The notes under the pieces are model-generated. The model searched no databases. It was not told where the DNA came from and saw only the letters and a program-made list of their open reading frames with translations. Made by a program: the position numbers and the translations under genes. Below, piece after piece: positions 44,663 through 55,249 of a stretch of DNA of 64,000 nt. Each line of letters starts with the position of its first letter. Position 1 is the first letter of the stretch. Origin of the DNA: an uncultured Collinsella sp. (GTDB taxonomy: Bacteria; Actinomycetota; Coriobacteriia; Coriobacteriales; Coriobacteriaceae); NCBI GenBank assembly GCA_902494245.1, contig CABUSR010000005.1, positions 6,081 to 70,080 on the forward strand, in the 5' to 3' direction.

Positions 44663-45388
44663 TTACTTAAGGTAGCCGTCGGCACGGAGCTTTTTGAGGT
44701 CCGAATCCTTGACCTCGCAACCGGCGGGCAGCACCATAAACACGCGATCGCCCACCTCTTTGACGGTGGCACCCAGGCCGCAGGCAAAGCCGTAAGAGAA
44801 GTCCAGGACGCGCTTGGCGACCTCGGTACGAACGCCCACAAAAATCAGCGCGACAGGCTGCTTGGTGCGCACGCGGCGCACGACGGTCTCCACGTCGTCA
44901 TAGCTCTCGGGGCGCAGGACATAAGCCGGCAGCTGCGGCGTAGCATTGATGATGTTGCTCGCATACGCCGAGGCATCGCTCGGTGAGGGAGCGGGTGCGG
45001 GGGCAGCAGCGCGGGCACGCGTGCTCTCGGCGTAGCTCGACGGCGTATCGTAGGCACCGGGACGATAACCGCCCGCAACCGTCTCCTGCGAGCGCGATGG
45101 CGGGTTGTAGGTCGTAGCGTGGCGAGAATCGTCGCCGACCAGCTGACCGGAGCGCGTGTACACGGCCACCGACTCGGCCTCGCCGCGGCGCGTCTGACCC
45201 AACAGGCCGTTGCTCGGCTCATCCTGGGTGTAGAAGCCCTCGCCCGAGGCACCGCTGTAACCGTTGTTCTGGTAGCCGTCGTCATAGCCGTCATCGTAGC
45301 CGTAGTCGTCGTCCTGACCATAACCCTGGTCGTAACCCTGCTGGCCGCCCAGGTGCATCTTATTTTTAATCTCGTCAAGGAAGCCCAT
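44663..45388 (-). CDS. sepF: Cell division protein SepF
   Basis: Start trimmed to ATG 45388. The N-terminus MGFLDEIKNKM is the membrane-targeting helix. A D/Y/G-rich linker follows, then the C-terminal SepF domain (PVALIFVGV...VLDFSYGFACGLGATV). Confidence 0.85.
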   Translation of the reverse strand: MGFLDEIKNKMHLGGQQGYDQGYGQDDDYGYDDGYDDGYQNNGYSGASGEGFYTQDEPSNGLLGQTRRGEAESVAVYTRSGQLVGDDSRHATTYNPPSRSQETVAGGYRPGAYDTPSSYAESTRARAAAPAPAPSPSDASAYASNIINATPQLPAYVLRPESYDDVETVVRRVRTKQPVALIFVGVRTEVAKRVLDFSYGFACGLGATVKEVGDRVFMVLPAGCEVKDSDLKKLRADGYLK

Positions 45389-45448
45389 GGTTGTGTCCTC
45401 TCGCGGTTTAGTGCAGGCGCTCTGATAATCAGTGCGCACTTCAGAGCC

Positions 45449-46186
45449 TTATTTTACTGCAAACTCCGGGCTAAATACTACCCTGCCCAGGCGAACGAGC
45501 GTAGAGCCTTCCTCAAGGGCAGGCTCAAAGTCCTCGCTCATGCCGCAGGAAAGTTCGGGCAGGCTCAGGTCGGAGTGCGTCGCCTCAAGCTCATCCCTTA
45601 GCTCGCGAAGTCCGGCAAAGGTGCGGCGCGCCACATCCTTATTCCCCCGGGGTGCCATAGTCATAAGGCCCTGCACACAAATTCCCTCAAGTTCCGCAAG
45701 CTCACCTGCGGCGTCTCGAACCTCGTCGGGCGAAAAGCCGCCCTTGGAATCCTCGCCGCTCACATTGACCTCGATCAGCACGCGCTGGGGGCCGGAGAGC
45801 TCGCCCGCCTCAATCTTGCGGACCGCACGGCTCGAGATAGCCTGAGCCAAATGCAGCGAGCTTACCGAATGAATCAGCTCGGCCGAGCCCAGAACCGCAT
45901 TGATCTTGTTGGTCTGCAGGTTGCCGATCATATCGAAGCGCACCTCGGGTAGCTCCGGATGCTCCGCGAGGCCTGCAAGCTTGCGAACGAGCTCCTGCGG
46001 GCGGTTCTCGGCAAAATGGCGATACCCCGCCTGAATAGCGGCAACGGTCTCATCAACGCCAACAGTCTTGGAGACGGCAATCAGGCGCGCGGCATCGTGG
46101 GGACGGCCCGCGCGATCGAGTGCCGCAAAAAAACGCTCCAGGATCTGCTCGCGGCGAGCGCGCATCAAGTCCAAATAGTTATCCAT
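45449..46186 (-). CDS. yggS: YggS-family PLP homeostasis protein
   Basis: Start trimmed to ATG 46186. Motifs present: IAVSKTV (PLP-Lys), FDMIGNLQTNK, LSCGMSEDFE. Confidence 0.85.
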   Translation of the reverse strand: MDNYLDLMRARREQILERFFAALDRAGRPHDAARLIAVSKTVGVDETVAAIQAGYRHFAENRPQELVRKLAGLAEHPELPEVRFDMIGNLQTNKINAVLGSAELIHSVSSLHLAQAISSRAVRKIEAGELSGPQRVLIEVNVSGEDSKGGFSPDEVRDAAGELAELEGICVQGLMTMAPRGNKDVARRTFAGLRELRDELEATHSDLSLPELSCGMSEDFEPALEEGSTLVRLGRVVFSPEFAVK

Positions 46187-46306
46187 TGCCAATCGCCTCC
46201 GCAGACAGCCAAACAAGTAGTCCCATGCTAACGCAAGAGCGCGGCCTCGCATGTGCAAGGCCGCGCTCACTTAGGTATTTACAATCTTTCGACGAACGGG
46301 GCTACC

Positions 46307-47164
46307 CTACTCCTCGTCGTCCTCGGAGTCGTCCTCGTCCTCGAGGTGCTCGAGCAGGTAGCGAAGACCCTCGCTCACCTCGTTAGCGGGCACTTTGGCA
46401 ACATAGCGTGCGTCGACGGCAGGCCTCATGATGACACCCTCGCCCGAAGGCACGCGCATGCTCTCAAGCTCATCCTCGTCCGTACGGGCGATATCGCCGG
46501 CAGTCATGCGCTGGCCGGTCAAAAGGAAGGTCAGACGGCAGGCAGCATCGATGGAAATCGAGGAGATACGATCGAGGTAGCGCGAAACCATAATGGCGCG
46601 GCGCAGATCGTCATAGTTGCTGTCGTCATCCATAAAATCGCCCGTGTCCATGCGGTTAAAGGTGCGGAAAAACTTCTCGTACGCTGCATGCACCGGCTCG
46701 TCCTCGACGGCCAGGTTGCAGATGATGGACATGTCGTTGGTGACGAGCGCGGAAAGCGACGAACCCAGCACCTGGTAAACAGCCTCGGCCTCGGCCTCAA
46801 CCGTACCGACGAGTTCCTGGGGCAGCGAGATGTCGGCCTTGACCATGTGACGCGTGGCGCGGCAGATCTGGCGAACCTTATCGGTCATGCGCTGCAGGTT
46901 AAAGTCGACGTAGATGATCGTCTGCAGCAAGCGGAAGTCAGAGGCGACCGGCGATTGCGTAGCGATCAAGTTGTAGCACACGGCCTCCAAGTTGGCGCAG
47001 CGAGCATCAATCGAAAGCGTGCGCTTCTTGGTCTTGGTGGCGAGCTTGCGGTCGTCGGTCACATAGGCCTTCACGGCGTCGTGAAGGGCCAGATCGACGG
47101 CCTCGTAGATGCCCAGCATCTCGTGACGGGCCTCAATGAGCTGACGGGAAAACAGTTTGCGCAT
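46307..47164 (-). CDS. phoU: Phosphate signalling complex protein PhoU with an acidic C-terminal extension
   Basis: 285 aa with PhoU repeats. It lies immediately downstream of pstB. Confidence 0.85.
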   Translation of the reverse strand: MRKLFSRQLIEARHEMLGIYEAVDLALHDAVKAYVTDDRKLATKTKKRTLSIDARCANLEAVCYNLIATQSPVASDFRLLQTIIYVDFNLQRMTDKVRQICRATRHMVKADISLPQELVGTVEAEAEAVYQVLGSSLSALVTNDMSIICNLAVEDEPVHAAYEKFFRTFNRMDTGDFMDDDSNYDDLRRAIMVSRYLDRISSISIDAACRLTFLLTGQRMTAGDIARTDEDELESMRVPSGEGVIMRPAVDARYVAKVPANEVSEGLRYLLEHLEDEDDSEDDEE

Positions 47165-47256
47165 GGTTCACTCCAATCAGTTGGGTGCGGTCATGCCGCC
47201 CGCACAGTGAATACGCACCGGACCAGGTCCGATCGGCTTGGGACTAGTCGCACCGA

Positions 47257-48060
<804 letters not shown>

Positions 48061-48072
48061 GGGACTCCTTAA

Positions 48073-48978
48073 CTAGCGGCGCTTGCGCGACAGGAAGCGC
48101 GCAAACAGGTTGAAGACCAAAATGATAACCATCAACAAGAGCGCGGTGCCATAGGCTGCGTTCATGTTGATGCCGTCATTGGCAAGCAGATAAAGGTGAA
48201 CGGTCATGGGACGACCGGAATCGAGCGGCGAAATAGGCAGGTTGATGGCCTGACCCATGGTGTAGAGCACCACGGCGGTCTCGCCGATGGCGCGGCCGAT
48301 GGCAAGCACGATGCCGGTAGCGATGCGGCCAAAAGCCGAAGGAAGCACGATCTTGGAGACGACCTGCCACTTGGTGGCGCCCAGGCCGTATGCACCCCAA
48401 CGGATATAGCGCGGAACGGCACGGATTGCCTCCTCGGTGGTACGCATGACGATGGGCAGCATCAGAAGTGCCAGTGCCAGGGCGGCCGAGACCATCGAAA
48501 GGCCCAGACCCATAGCCTCGACAAACAAGGCGTAGCCAAAGAGGCCCATAACGATGGAGGGTACCGAGGCCAAGGCATCGGCAGCATAGCGAATAATGTC
48601 GACGACCTTGCCCTGCTTGGCGTACTCGGCCAGATAGACTGCAGCCAGGACGGCAACCGGCGTGCAGATGAGCATGGCGAGCGCCGTCACGTAGATGGTC
48701 GAGACGATCGTGGGCCAAATGCCGCCTTCGGCGTTGACGCCCTGCGGCCAGCCAAAGATAAAGTCGAGCGAGATATGCGGCAGGCCGTTGATGACCACGT
48801 AGGCGATGATGGCGATCAGCACCAGCGTGGTGATATAGGCCGCGGCGCGAAACACGCCGAGCATGATCTTGTTGGAGAGGTCCTTGTTGATGCGGCCCTT
48901 CTTGCCATGGGAAAGGGCACGCTTGATGCGCTCGCGTGACGAGGTCGTATCGACCGTCGTGTCAACGGAATCGGACAT
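48073..48978 (-). CDS. pstA: Phosphate ABC transporter permease PstA
   Basis: 301 aa. It has the EAA loop region EEAIRAVPRYIRWGAYGLGATKWQ. Confidence 0.9.
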   Translation of the reverse strand: MSDSVDTTVDTTSSRERIKRALSHGKKGRINKDLSNKIMLGVFRAAAYITTLVLIAIIAYVVINGLPHISLDFIFGWPQGVNAEGGIWPTIVSTIYVTALAMLICTPVAVLAAVYLAEYAKQGKVVDIIRYAADALASVPSIVMGLFGYALFVEAMGLGLSMVSAALALALLMLPIVMRTTEEAIRAVPRYIRWGAYGLGATKWQVVSKIVLPSAFGRIATGIVLAIGRAIGETAVVLYTMGQAINLPISPLDSGRPMTVHLYLLANDGINMNAAYGTALLLMVIILVFNLFARFLSRKRR

Positions 48979-48981
48979 AGC

Positions 48982-49914
48982 CTACCCCCTCTTCTTGGAA
49001 ATCAGGCGGACGATACCCACCAGTGCAGCGGAGATGATAAACAGGACCACGCCCATGCCAAACAGAGCCGAGCGGTGCAGACCCGAGGAATAACTCATGT
49101 CGAGCGCGATCTGACTCGTGAGCGTCGAGATGGGGCTCGAGATGCTATCCGGAATGACCGGGGCGTTGCCCACGACCATCAGCACGGCCATGGTCTCGCC
49201 GATGGCACGCCCCATACCCAAGACAATTGCATCGACGATGCCCAGCTTGGCTGCAGGAAGCACGACCTTGTAGATGGTCTGCCACTTGGTGGCACCCATG
49301 GCATAGGATGCCTCGCGAATGCCCATGGGAATGGAATTGAGGGCATCGATGGTGAGCGTGGTAATGGTGGGAACGATCATGATGGCGAGCACGAACCACG
49401 CCGTCAGCGCGCCAAAGCCAAGACCGCCGGTCAGCTGCGCGATAAACGGACGGATGATGACCATGCCAAAGAAGCCGTAGATGATGGAGGGGATGCCCGC
49501 CAGCAGGTCGACGGCGGGGCTGATGAGCTTGCGCACGCGCTTGCTGGCAATCTCGACCAGATACACAGCCGTACCCACACCCAGGGGCACGCCCATGGCG
49601 AGCGCACCGACCGTCACCAGGCCAGAGCCCGCTAGCAGCGACATAATGCCGTAGTGACCCTCAGAGGGCGCCCACGTAAAGCTAAAGAAGTCCGCTAGGC
49701 CAATGTCGGTAAAGACCGGCAGCGCCGAGTACGTGGTAAAGACAAAAATCAGGATGACGGTGACGACCGCCAAGAACGCGCAGGCAAAGAAGATCCACTG
49801 CAGCGCCTTCTCCTTAAGATAGGTGCTGCGTGACACCAACGCCAGCTCACGCTTTTTGGGCGCCTGCGCCTCATGCTCAATCTGGGGGGTTTCCTGTGCT
49901 TCCACGCTACTCAC
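48982..49914 (-). CDS. pstC: Phosphate ABC transporter permease PstC
   Basis: 310 aa with a GTG start that overlaps the pstS 3' end by 8 nt. It contains REASYAMGATKWQ. Confidence 0.9.
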   Translation of the reverse strand: MSSVEAQETPQIEHEAQAPKKRELALVSRSTYLKEKALQWIFFACAFLAVVTVILIFVFTTYSALPVFTDIGLADFFSFTWAPSEGHYGIMSLLAGSGLVTVGALAMGVPLGVGTAVYLVEIASKRVRKLISPAVDLLAGIPSIIYGFFGMVIIRPFIAQLTGGLGFGALTAWFVLAIMIVPTITTLTIDALNSIPMGIREASYAMGATKWQTIYKVVLPAAKLGIVDAIVLGMGRAIGETMAVLMVVGNAPVIPDSISSPISTLTSQIALDMSYSSGLHRSALFGMGVVLFIISAALVGIVRLISKKRG

Positions 49915-50743
49915 TCCCCTTTCCGTCGTTGGTGACGGGAATAAAGCCCGCCTCGCGAATCTGCTTGTCCATCTTCTCGGATGTCACATAGTCAATGTAG
50001 TCCTGCGCCTGCTGCGAAGGCGTGCCCTTCACAAAGAAGTAAAGGTCACGCGAGATGGGATAGCCGCCACTTGCGACCGTCTTCTCGGATGCCTCGACAT
50101 GGTTGACCGAAACGGCCTTAACCGAAGTCTTGGCATTGAGGCTCTCGACAAAACCCAGCGAGATGTAGCCAATGGCGCCACGCGAGCGGGACACGACATC
50201 GCGTACCTGGCCCGTGCCCGAAAGAACAGCCGAGCGGCGATCGAACGGCGTGCCGTCCATCACGATGGTACGGAAGGCCTCGCGCGTACCGGACGCCTCG
50301 TCGCGGTTGATGACCTGAATCTTCAGGTCCTCTCCGCCGACTTCTTTCCAGTTGGTGATCTTGCCGGCGTAAATATCGCAGAGCTGCTCGGTCGAAAGAT
50401 TGTCGACCGGGTTGTCGTCGTTCACGATGACTGCAATGCCGTCGTGCGCAATTACGATCGGGGTCAGGCCCAAATCCTGCTCGTCGGCATTGAGGCCACG
50501 AGACGAGCTAGCGATGTCGGCGGTGCCGGCGCTAACGGCTTCGATGCCCGCAGAGGAACCAAGGCCAGAGACGAGCACGTCGATGCCGATCTCTTCCTTA
50601 AAGCCCTCGGCCGCGATCTCGGCAATGGGAAGGCAGGTGGTCGAGCCGGCCACGGTAATAGAAGACGTAGAAGATCCCGAAGAGCAGGCGCACAGCGTGA
50701 GCGCAAGCACTGCTGCACTCAGGACCGATGCGATCTTTCTCAT
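49907..50743 (-). CDS. pstS: Phosphate-binding lipoprotein PstS
   Basis: 278 aa with the lipobox LALTLCACSS. Motifs present: GSTTCLP and SGLGSSAGIEAV. Confidence 0.9.
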   Translation of the reverse strand: MRKIASVLSAAVLALTLCACSSGSSTSSITVAGSTTCLPIAEIAAEGFKEEIGIDVLVSGLGSSAGIEAVSAGTADIASSSRGLNADEQDLGLTPIVIAHDGIAVIVNDDNPVDNLSTEQLCDIYAGKITNWKEVGGEDLKIQVINRDEASGTREAFRTIVMDGTPFDRRSAVLSGTGQVRDVVSRSRGAIGYISLGFVESLNAKTSVKAVSVNHVEASEKTVASGGYPISRDLYFFVKGTPSQQAQDYIDYVTSEKMDKQIREAGFIPVTNDGKGSE

Positions 50744-51540
50744 AGCATCACGCCGATTGCTGCATGGCGCCCGCAGGTGCCACCCTCGTTGCGGTAGGAA
50801 TAAAAGCGGTCGTTCTGACGAACGGTCGAAAGTTGGGTATCCACAATCCTATCCGCATCAACACCGGCATCCACCAGCGCCTCGCGAATGGCGGCGGAAA
50901 GATCAAGCATACGGGAAGCGGTAGCATCGATGCACGCGAACTCGGCGGCAAAGCGATCCATGAGCTCCTGGGAAACCTCGTACTCGTCACCCAGGATATG
51001 GGGGCCGATATAGGCAGAAACATCGCTCGCATTGCAACCGGCTACCTCACAAAGCGCCTGACACGCCTTGGCGGAAATGCGCGCGATCGTGCCCTTCCAT
51101 CCGGAATGCACCACGGCAAATCCGCCGGGGGCAACCAGCACCACGGGAACGCAGTCGGCAAAGCAGAGCAGCACGGGCACCTCATGGGCCGTGCAGACGA
51201 TGGCATCACAGCCCTCAGCAATCTGCTCGCGAATGTTCTCGAGATCGTCGGCGCCGTTCGAGGTCACCGTCACGACATGGTCGCCGTGCACCTGATTGGG
51301 AACAAGCAGATTATGCTCACGCTCGGCGGCCCCCATGGCCTCGAGTACGCGTCGACGATTTTCTTGAACAGCAAAGGGGTCATCGCCTACATGCGAGCCC
51401 AGGTTGAGCGAGGAGTACGCATCTTCGGAAACGCCACCGGTGCGCTCGGTAAAGGCAAAGCGAACATCGGTCGTCGCGCCCTCCACCAACGTAACTCCAT
51501 CATGGTCGACACGCGAAACGTTGTCCGCACGTGCTGCCAT
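50740..51540 (-). CDS. pgeF: YfiH/PgeF (DUF152, laccase-domain) peptidoglycan editing factor
   Basis: Start trimmed to ATG 51540 (AGGAGG 7 nt upstream). Motifs present: FTERTGGVS, NQVHGD, ADCVPV, HSGWKG. Its stop overlaps the pstS start (ATGA). Confidence 0.85.
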   Translation of the reverse strand: MAARADNVSRVDHDGVTLVEGATTDVRFAFTERTGGVSEDAYSSLNLGSHVGDDPFAVQENRRRVLEAMGAAEREHNLLVPNQVHGDHVVTVTSNGADDLENIREQIAEGCDAIVCTAHEVPVLLCFADCVPVVLVAPGGFAVVHSGWKGTIARISAKACQALCEVAGCNASDVSAYIGPHILGDEYEVSQELMDRFAAEFACIDATASRMLDLSAAIREALVDAGVDADRIVDTQLSTVRQNDRFYSYRNEGGTCGRHAAIGVML

Positions 51541-51699
51541 ACTAAAGCCTCCTAATAACACAAGTATCGCGGCGACGCCGCAGCAGTCCGTGTCATACGG
51601 CTGCCATACTTCATCAAAAGGATACCCGCAACAGTACGGACCAAACGTAAAGGGAACGTAAGGAGATTGGAGGCTTTCGTTTACAAAGACGAACCACAA

Positions 51700-51732
51700 C
51701 AAAAAAGGGGTGCACCCAATCGGACGCACCCC
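51700..51732 (-). terminator. Intrinsic terminator after ftsZ
   Basis: GGGGUGC-12 nt-GCACCCC is followed on the minus strand by UUUUUUGUUGU. Confidence 0.8.
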
Positions 51733-51756
51733 ATGCAGGTCGTTGATAAAAACGAA

Positions 51757-52911
51757 CTAGAAGCTGCCGCGCTTGAGGAAGTCGGGAAGCTCAAACTGAT
51801 CGTTGCCAAAGTTGGGCAGCTCGGTACCGCCGACGTTGCGAGTCGGGGCAGCCTGAGCGGAGCTGGCAGCCGGAGCGGTGCGCTGCGGCTCGGCAGAAGC
51901 AGCGGCCTTGCTCTGGGACTGCTGAGCAGCGAAGAGCTCGTCCTGACGGTTGACGTTGGAGTCGGAGAAGCCCGTAGCGATAACGGTGATGCGCACCTGG
52001 TCGCCCAGGGACTCGTCAACAACGGTACCGAAGATGATGTTGGCCTCGGGGTCGACGGCATTGGCGACAACGTCGGCGGCGTCGCTGATCTCCTGGATGC
52101 CCAGGTCCTTGGAGCCGGCGATGGAAAGCAGGACACGCGTGGCGCCATCGATGGAGCTCTCGAGCAGCGGACTGGAGATGGCCTGCTGGGCAGCGTCGAC
52201 GGCACGGGTATCCCCAGAAGCGGTACCGATACCCATCATGGCGGTACCGGCCTGCTTCATGATGGTCTTAACATCGGCGAAGTCCAGGTTGATGATACCC
52301 GGGACAGTGATGAGGTCGGTGATGCCCTGGGTGCCCTGGGAAAGGACGCCATCGGCAATTGCGAAGGCCTCGAGCATGGTGGTCTTCTTCTCGGCGATGT
52401 CGAGCAGCTTGTCGTTAGGGATAACGATCATGGTGTCGACGCAATCAGAGAGGGTCTTGATGCCCTCCTCGGCGCTCTTCTTGCGCTTACGACCCTCGAA
52501 GGTGAAGGGCTTGGTCACGACGGCGACGGTCAGCGCGCCGACCTCGTTCATCGCGATATCGGCAACGATGGGAGCGGCACCGGTGCCGGTACCACCGCCC
52601 TCGCCGCAGGTGATGAACACCATGTCGGCGCCGGCGAGCGCCTCGGCGATATCGTCGCGGGACTCATCGGCAGCCTTGCGGCCAACCTCGGGGTTGGCGC
52701 CGGCGCCCAAGCCGCGGGTAAGGTCGGTGCCGATGTGCACCTTGATATCGGCATCAGAGATCGCGAGCGCCTGAGCATCGGTGTTGATAGCAACAAACTC
52801 GACGCCGCGGATGCCCTCTTCGATCATTCGATTGACCGCGTTGGTACCGCCGCCGCCGACGCCGACCACCTTAATGACGGCAAGGTAGTTGTTGATCTCT
52901 GTCTCGTGCAT
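51757..52911 (-). CDS. ftsZ: Cell division GTPase FtsZ
   Basis: Start trimmed to ATG 52911 (GGAGGA 5 nt upstream). The sequence begins [29 protein letters not shown] and contains [10 protein letters not shown]. Confidence 0.95.
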   Translation of the reverse strand: MHETEINNYLAVIKVVGVGGGGTNAVNRMIEEGIRGVEFVAINTDAQALAISDADIKVHIGTDLTRGLGAGANPEVGRKAADESRDDIAEALAGADMVFITCGEGGGTGTGAAPIVADIAMNEVGALTVAVVTKPFTFEGRKRKKSAEEGIKTLSDCVDTMIVIPNDKLLDIAEKKTTMLEAFAIADGVLSQGTQGITDLITVPGIINLDFADVKTIMKQAGTAMMGIGTASGDTRAVDAAQQAISSPLLESSIDGATRVLLSIAGSKDLGIQEISDAADVVANAVDPEANIIFGTVVDESLGDQVRITVIATGFSDSNVNRQDELFAAQQSQSKAAASAEPQRTAPAASSAQAAPTRNVGGTELPNFGNDQFELPDFLKRGSF

Positions 52912-53110
52912 GTCGGTCCTCCGAACAAAGGTTATAGCCATAGCATGGGTTGACCCCTGCGCACATTAACCTTCAGGTTGAAAGTAAATGCAAAGGTAAA
53001 CCGTATTATGTTTGCACATTATGAACGTATCAGTCAAATAATTGACCGTGAAAACCAAACAAACCAGATAAACGGCGTGGTATGGCCCCTCAACAAAGCC
53101 ATTTAGGATG

Positions 53111-54376
53111 CTAGGCGGTCGGTGCGTTCCTAAACGTGTAGTTGCCCGGAGAACGCACATTGATATAGGTTACGCCCTCTACCTGCGAAAGTAGCTTGGT
53201 CACGATGCGTTCTTTCTTGGCAATATCATCCGAATCGCCCAGCGACACCTCGACGCCGTTGTCGAGATTTGCCGAGATAGCCTCAACGGAAGGCGTGGAA
53301 ATATCCTTCACCTGGTCCAAGAACTCGCTCGAAAAACCGCGTGCGTAATCCAGGCCGGCCTTGACGGCCTTGGAGCTCACCGCCCGACCCGAAACCGGTG
53401 CGACATCGGCCGAGACGTCAGTCAACAGCACGGCGCCGTAGTGCTTGGCAAGCGCCAGGGCCGCATCGATACCGGTCAGGGTGTTGGCACCCTCCCCCGA
53501 TGTAATGACGTTCCCCTGGTCGTCCACCTCGACAGACGTCGACAGCGGAGCGATCCAGGTGTCATCGTCTCCGATAGCCCAGGCAAGGTCGTCGGAGCTG
53601 ATATACGCAATGGCGATAACTTTACGCTCCGTCGGCGTGATGATAAGCGTATGGGGAAACTGACGCTGGACATCCACGCCCGAGACCCAAGGGTTTTGCT
53701 TGAGGCCCTCGGTGATCTGATTGGGATCCACGTTAAAGAGCGACGTGTTCTCGGGAAGATTGATGAGCTGCATGGCGTCATGCTTGGTCACATGCTCGCT
53801 GCCATGAATCTGAATATCGGTGGCAGCGAACAGGCCAGAGTTGATGACGACGATGGCAACAATGGCAAGTACGGCCACGGCTGCCAGGATGCCGCCCGCG
53901 ATCTTTCCCTTACCCTTAATGGCAGAAGCGGCGTCGGTCGTCTTGTTTGCCATGGCACCCAGTGATGACAGAGGATTGATGCCCTTTTTTGCCGAAGACG
54001 CCTTGGCGGCGGGCACCGATGTCAGTGAACGCGGCTTAGCGCCAGCCAACGTACGGCCGGCATGCGCCGCACGAGTTCCCAGCGAAGGCTTGGGCGTCGC
54101 CATGGGTCGGGAGGTCTTGGTGCCCATCGCCGGTTTGGGCGTCACCGAAGGACGCGGAGCCGGATGGCTCGTCTTTTTAGAAGCGGGGCGTCCTCCCAGC
54201 TGCGAGCCAACGACCGGGCGCTTGGCTGGACGAACGGACCCAACAGACTTGGAGGGCATGGCGGGCTTATGTTGAGGCTGGGCAGGTGCGCCGGAACGCC
54301 CTCCGGCGCGGCGGAAGGTTGGTTTCGATGCTCTAGAAGCCGAGGAATTTAACTTCCGGTCTGAGCTCGATGCCAT
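53111..54376 (-). CDS. ftsQ: FtsQ/DivIB with a long basic, Pro/Ser/Lys-rich cytoplasmic N-terminus
   Basis: 421 aa with one TM helix (ILAAVAVLAIVAIVVI) followed by a POTRA/FtsQ-like ectodomain. Its position between murB and ftsZ fits. The annotated start overlaps murB by 44 nt. Confidence 0.8.
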   Translation of the reverse strand: MASSSDRKLNSSASRASKPTFRRAGGRSGAPAQPQHKPAMPSKSVGSVRPAKRPVVGSQLGGRPASKKTSHPAPRPSVTPKPAMGTKTSRPMATPKPSLGTRAAHAGRTLAGAKPRSLTSVPAAKASSAKKGINPLSSLGAMANKTTDAASAIKGKGKIAGGILAAVAVLAIVAIVVINSGLFAATDIQIHGSEHVTKHDAMQLINLPENTSLFNVDPNQITEGLKQNPWVSGVDVQRQFPHTLIITPTERKVIAIAYISSDDLAWAIGDDDTWIAPLSTSVEVDDQGNVITSGEGANTLTGIDAALALAKHYGAVLLTDVSADVAPVSGRAVSSKAVKAGLDYARGFSSEFLDQVKDISTPSVEAISANLDNGVEVSLGDSDDIAKKERIVTKLLSQVEGVTYINVRSPGNYTFRNAPTA

Positions 54377-55244
54377 ACGCCTCCCTCACCTTTCCGTGCA
54401 CATGCCTGATAACCGCGGCCACGTCATCGGCCGAGGCGGTTCCGTTATTAACGATAAAATTAGCGTGTACGGGCGAAACTTCCGCACCGCCAACCGAAAA
54501 ACCCTTTAATCCACAATCCTCAATCAACTTGCCCACGCTTGCGTCGGGCGGGTTGCGAAAGACCGATCCGCAGGATGCACGGCCCATGGGCTGCGTGCGC
54601 TTGCGGCGCGTCAGGTACCGCTCCATACGCTCGCGAATGTCTGCCTTGGGCGCGGGCTTGAGTTTAAGCACGCACTCGAGAATGATCTCGTTACGCGGCA
54701 AGCTGCACTCGCGATACCCCCAAGCGATCTCGGACCCTGCATAGTGCTTAATACCGGACGCCGGATCAAACGTGACCACGTCCTCGATAAGGGAGCCGAT
54801 CCACTCGGTCCGCGTACCTGCGTTCATGGACACGGCGCCACCGACCGAACCGGGAATACCGACCGCGAACTCAAGGCCCGAAAGCCCGCGCGACAAGGCG
54901 TCGTTGACCAAACGCGCGAACATCACGCCCGCACCAACGGTCAGCGTGCAGCCGTCCTCGGCAACAACCGTGCGCTGAAACTCACGTCCCAGCGAAATAA
55001 CGGCGCCGCGATAACCGGCATCGGCAACCAACAGGTTGGACCCCTTGCCGATAATCACCCACGGCACCTGCTCGCGGTCAAGCACCGCCACGGCGCGACG
55101 CAGGGCATGGTAGCTATGGCACGTCACAAAGAGGTCGGCCTTGCCGCCGATACGATAGCTTGTATGGCGTGCAAGACGTTCGTCCTCGACCACGTCCGTG
55201 TCGATCATGCCCGAAAGCGCCATGACGGCGTTAAACAGACCCAT
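54333..55244 (-). CDS. murB: UDP-N-acetylenolpyruvoylglucosamine reductase
   Basis: 303 aa with an FAD-binding domain (HTSYRIGG, IIGKGSNLLV) and the C-terminal SCGSVFRNP. Confidence 0.9.
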   Translation of the reverse strand: MGLFNAVMALSGMIDTDVVEDERLARHTSYRIGGKADLFVTCHSYHALRRAVAVLDREQVPWVIIGKGSNLLVADAGYRGAVISLGREFQRTVVAEDGCTLTVGAGVMFARLVNDALSRGLSGLEFAVGIPGSVGGAVSMNAGTRTEWIGSLIEDVVTFDPASGIKHYAGSEIAWGYRECSLPRNEIILECVLKLKPAPKADIRERMERYLTRRKRTQPMGRASCGSVFRNPPDASVGKLIEDCGLKGFSVGGAEVSPVHANFIVNNGTASADDVAAVIRHVHGKVREAYGIELRPEVKFLGF

Positions 55245-55249
55245 GGGGT

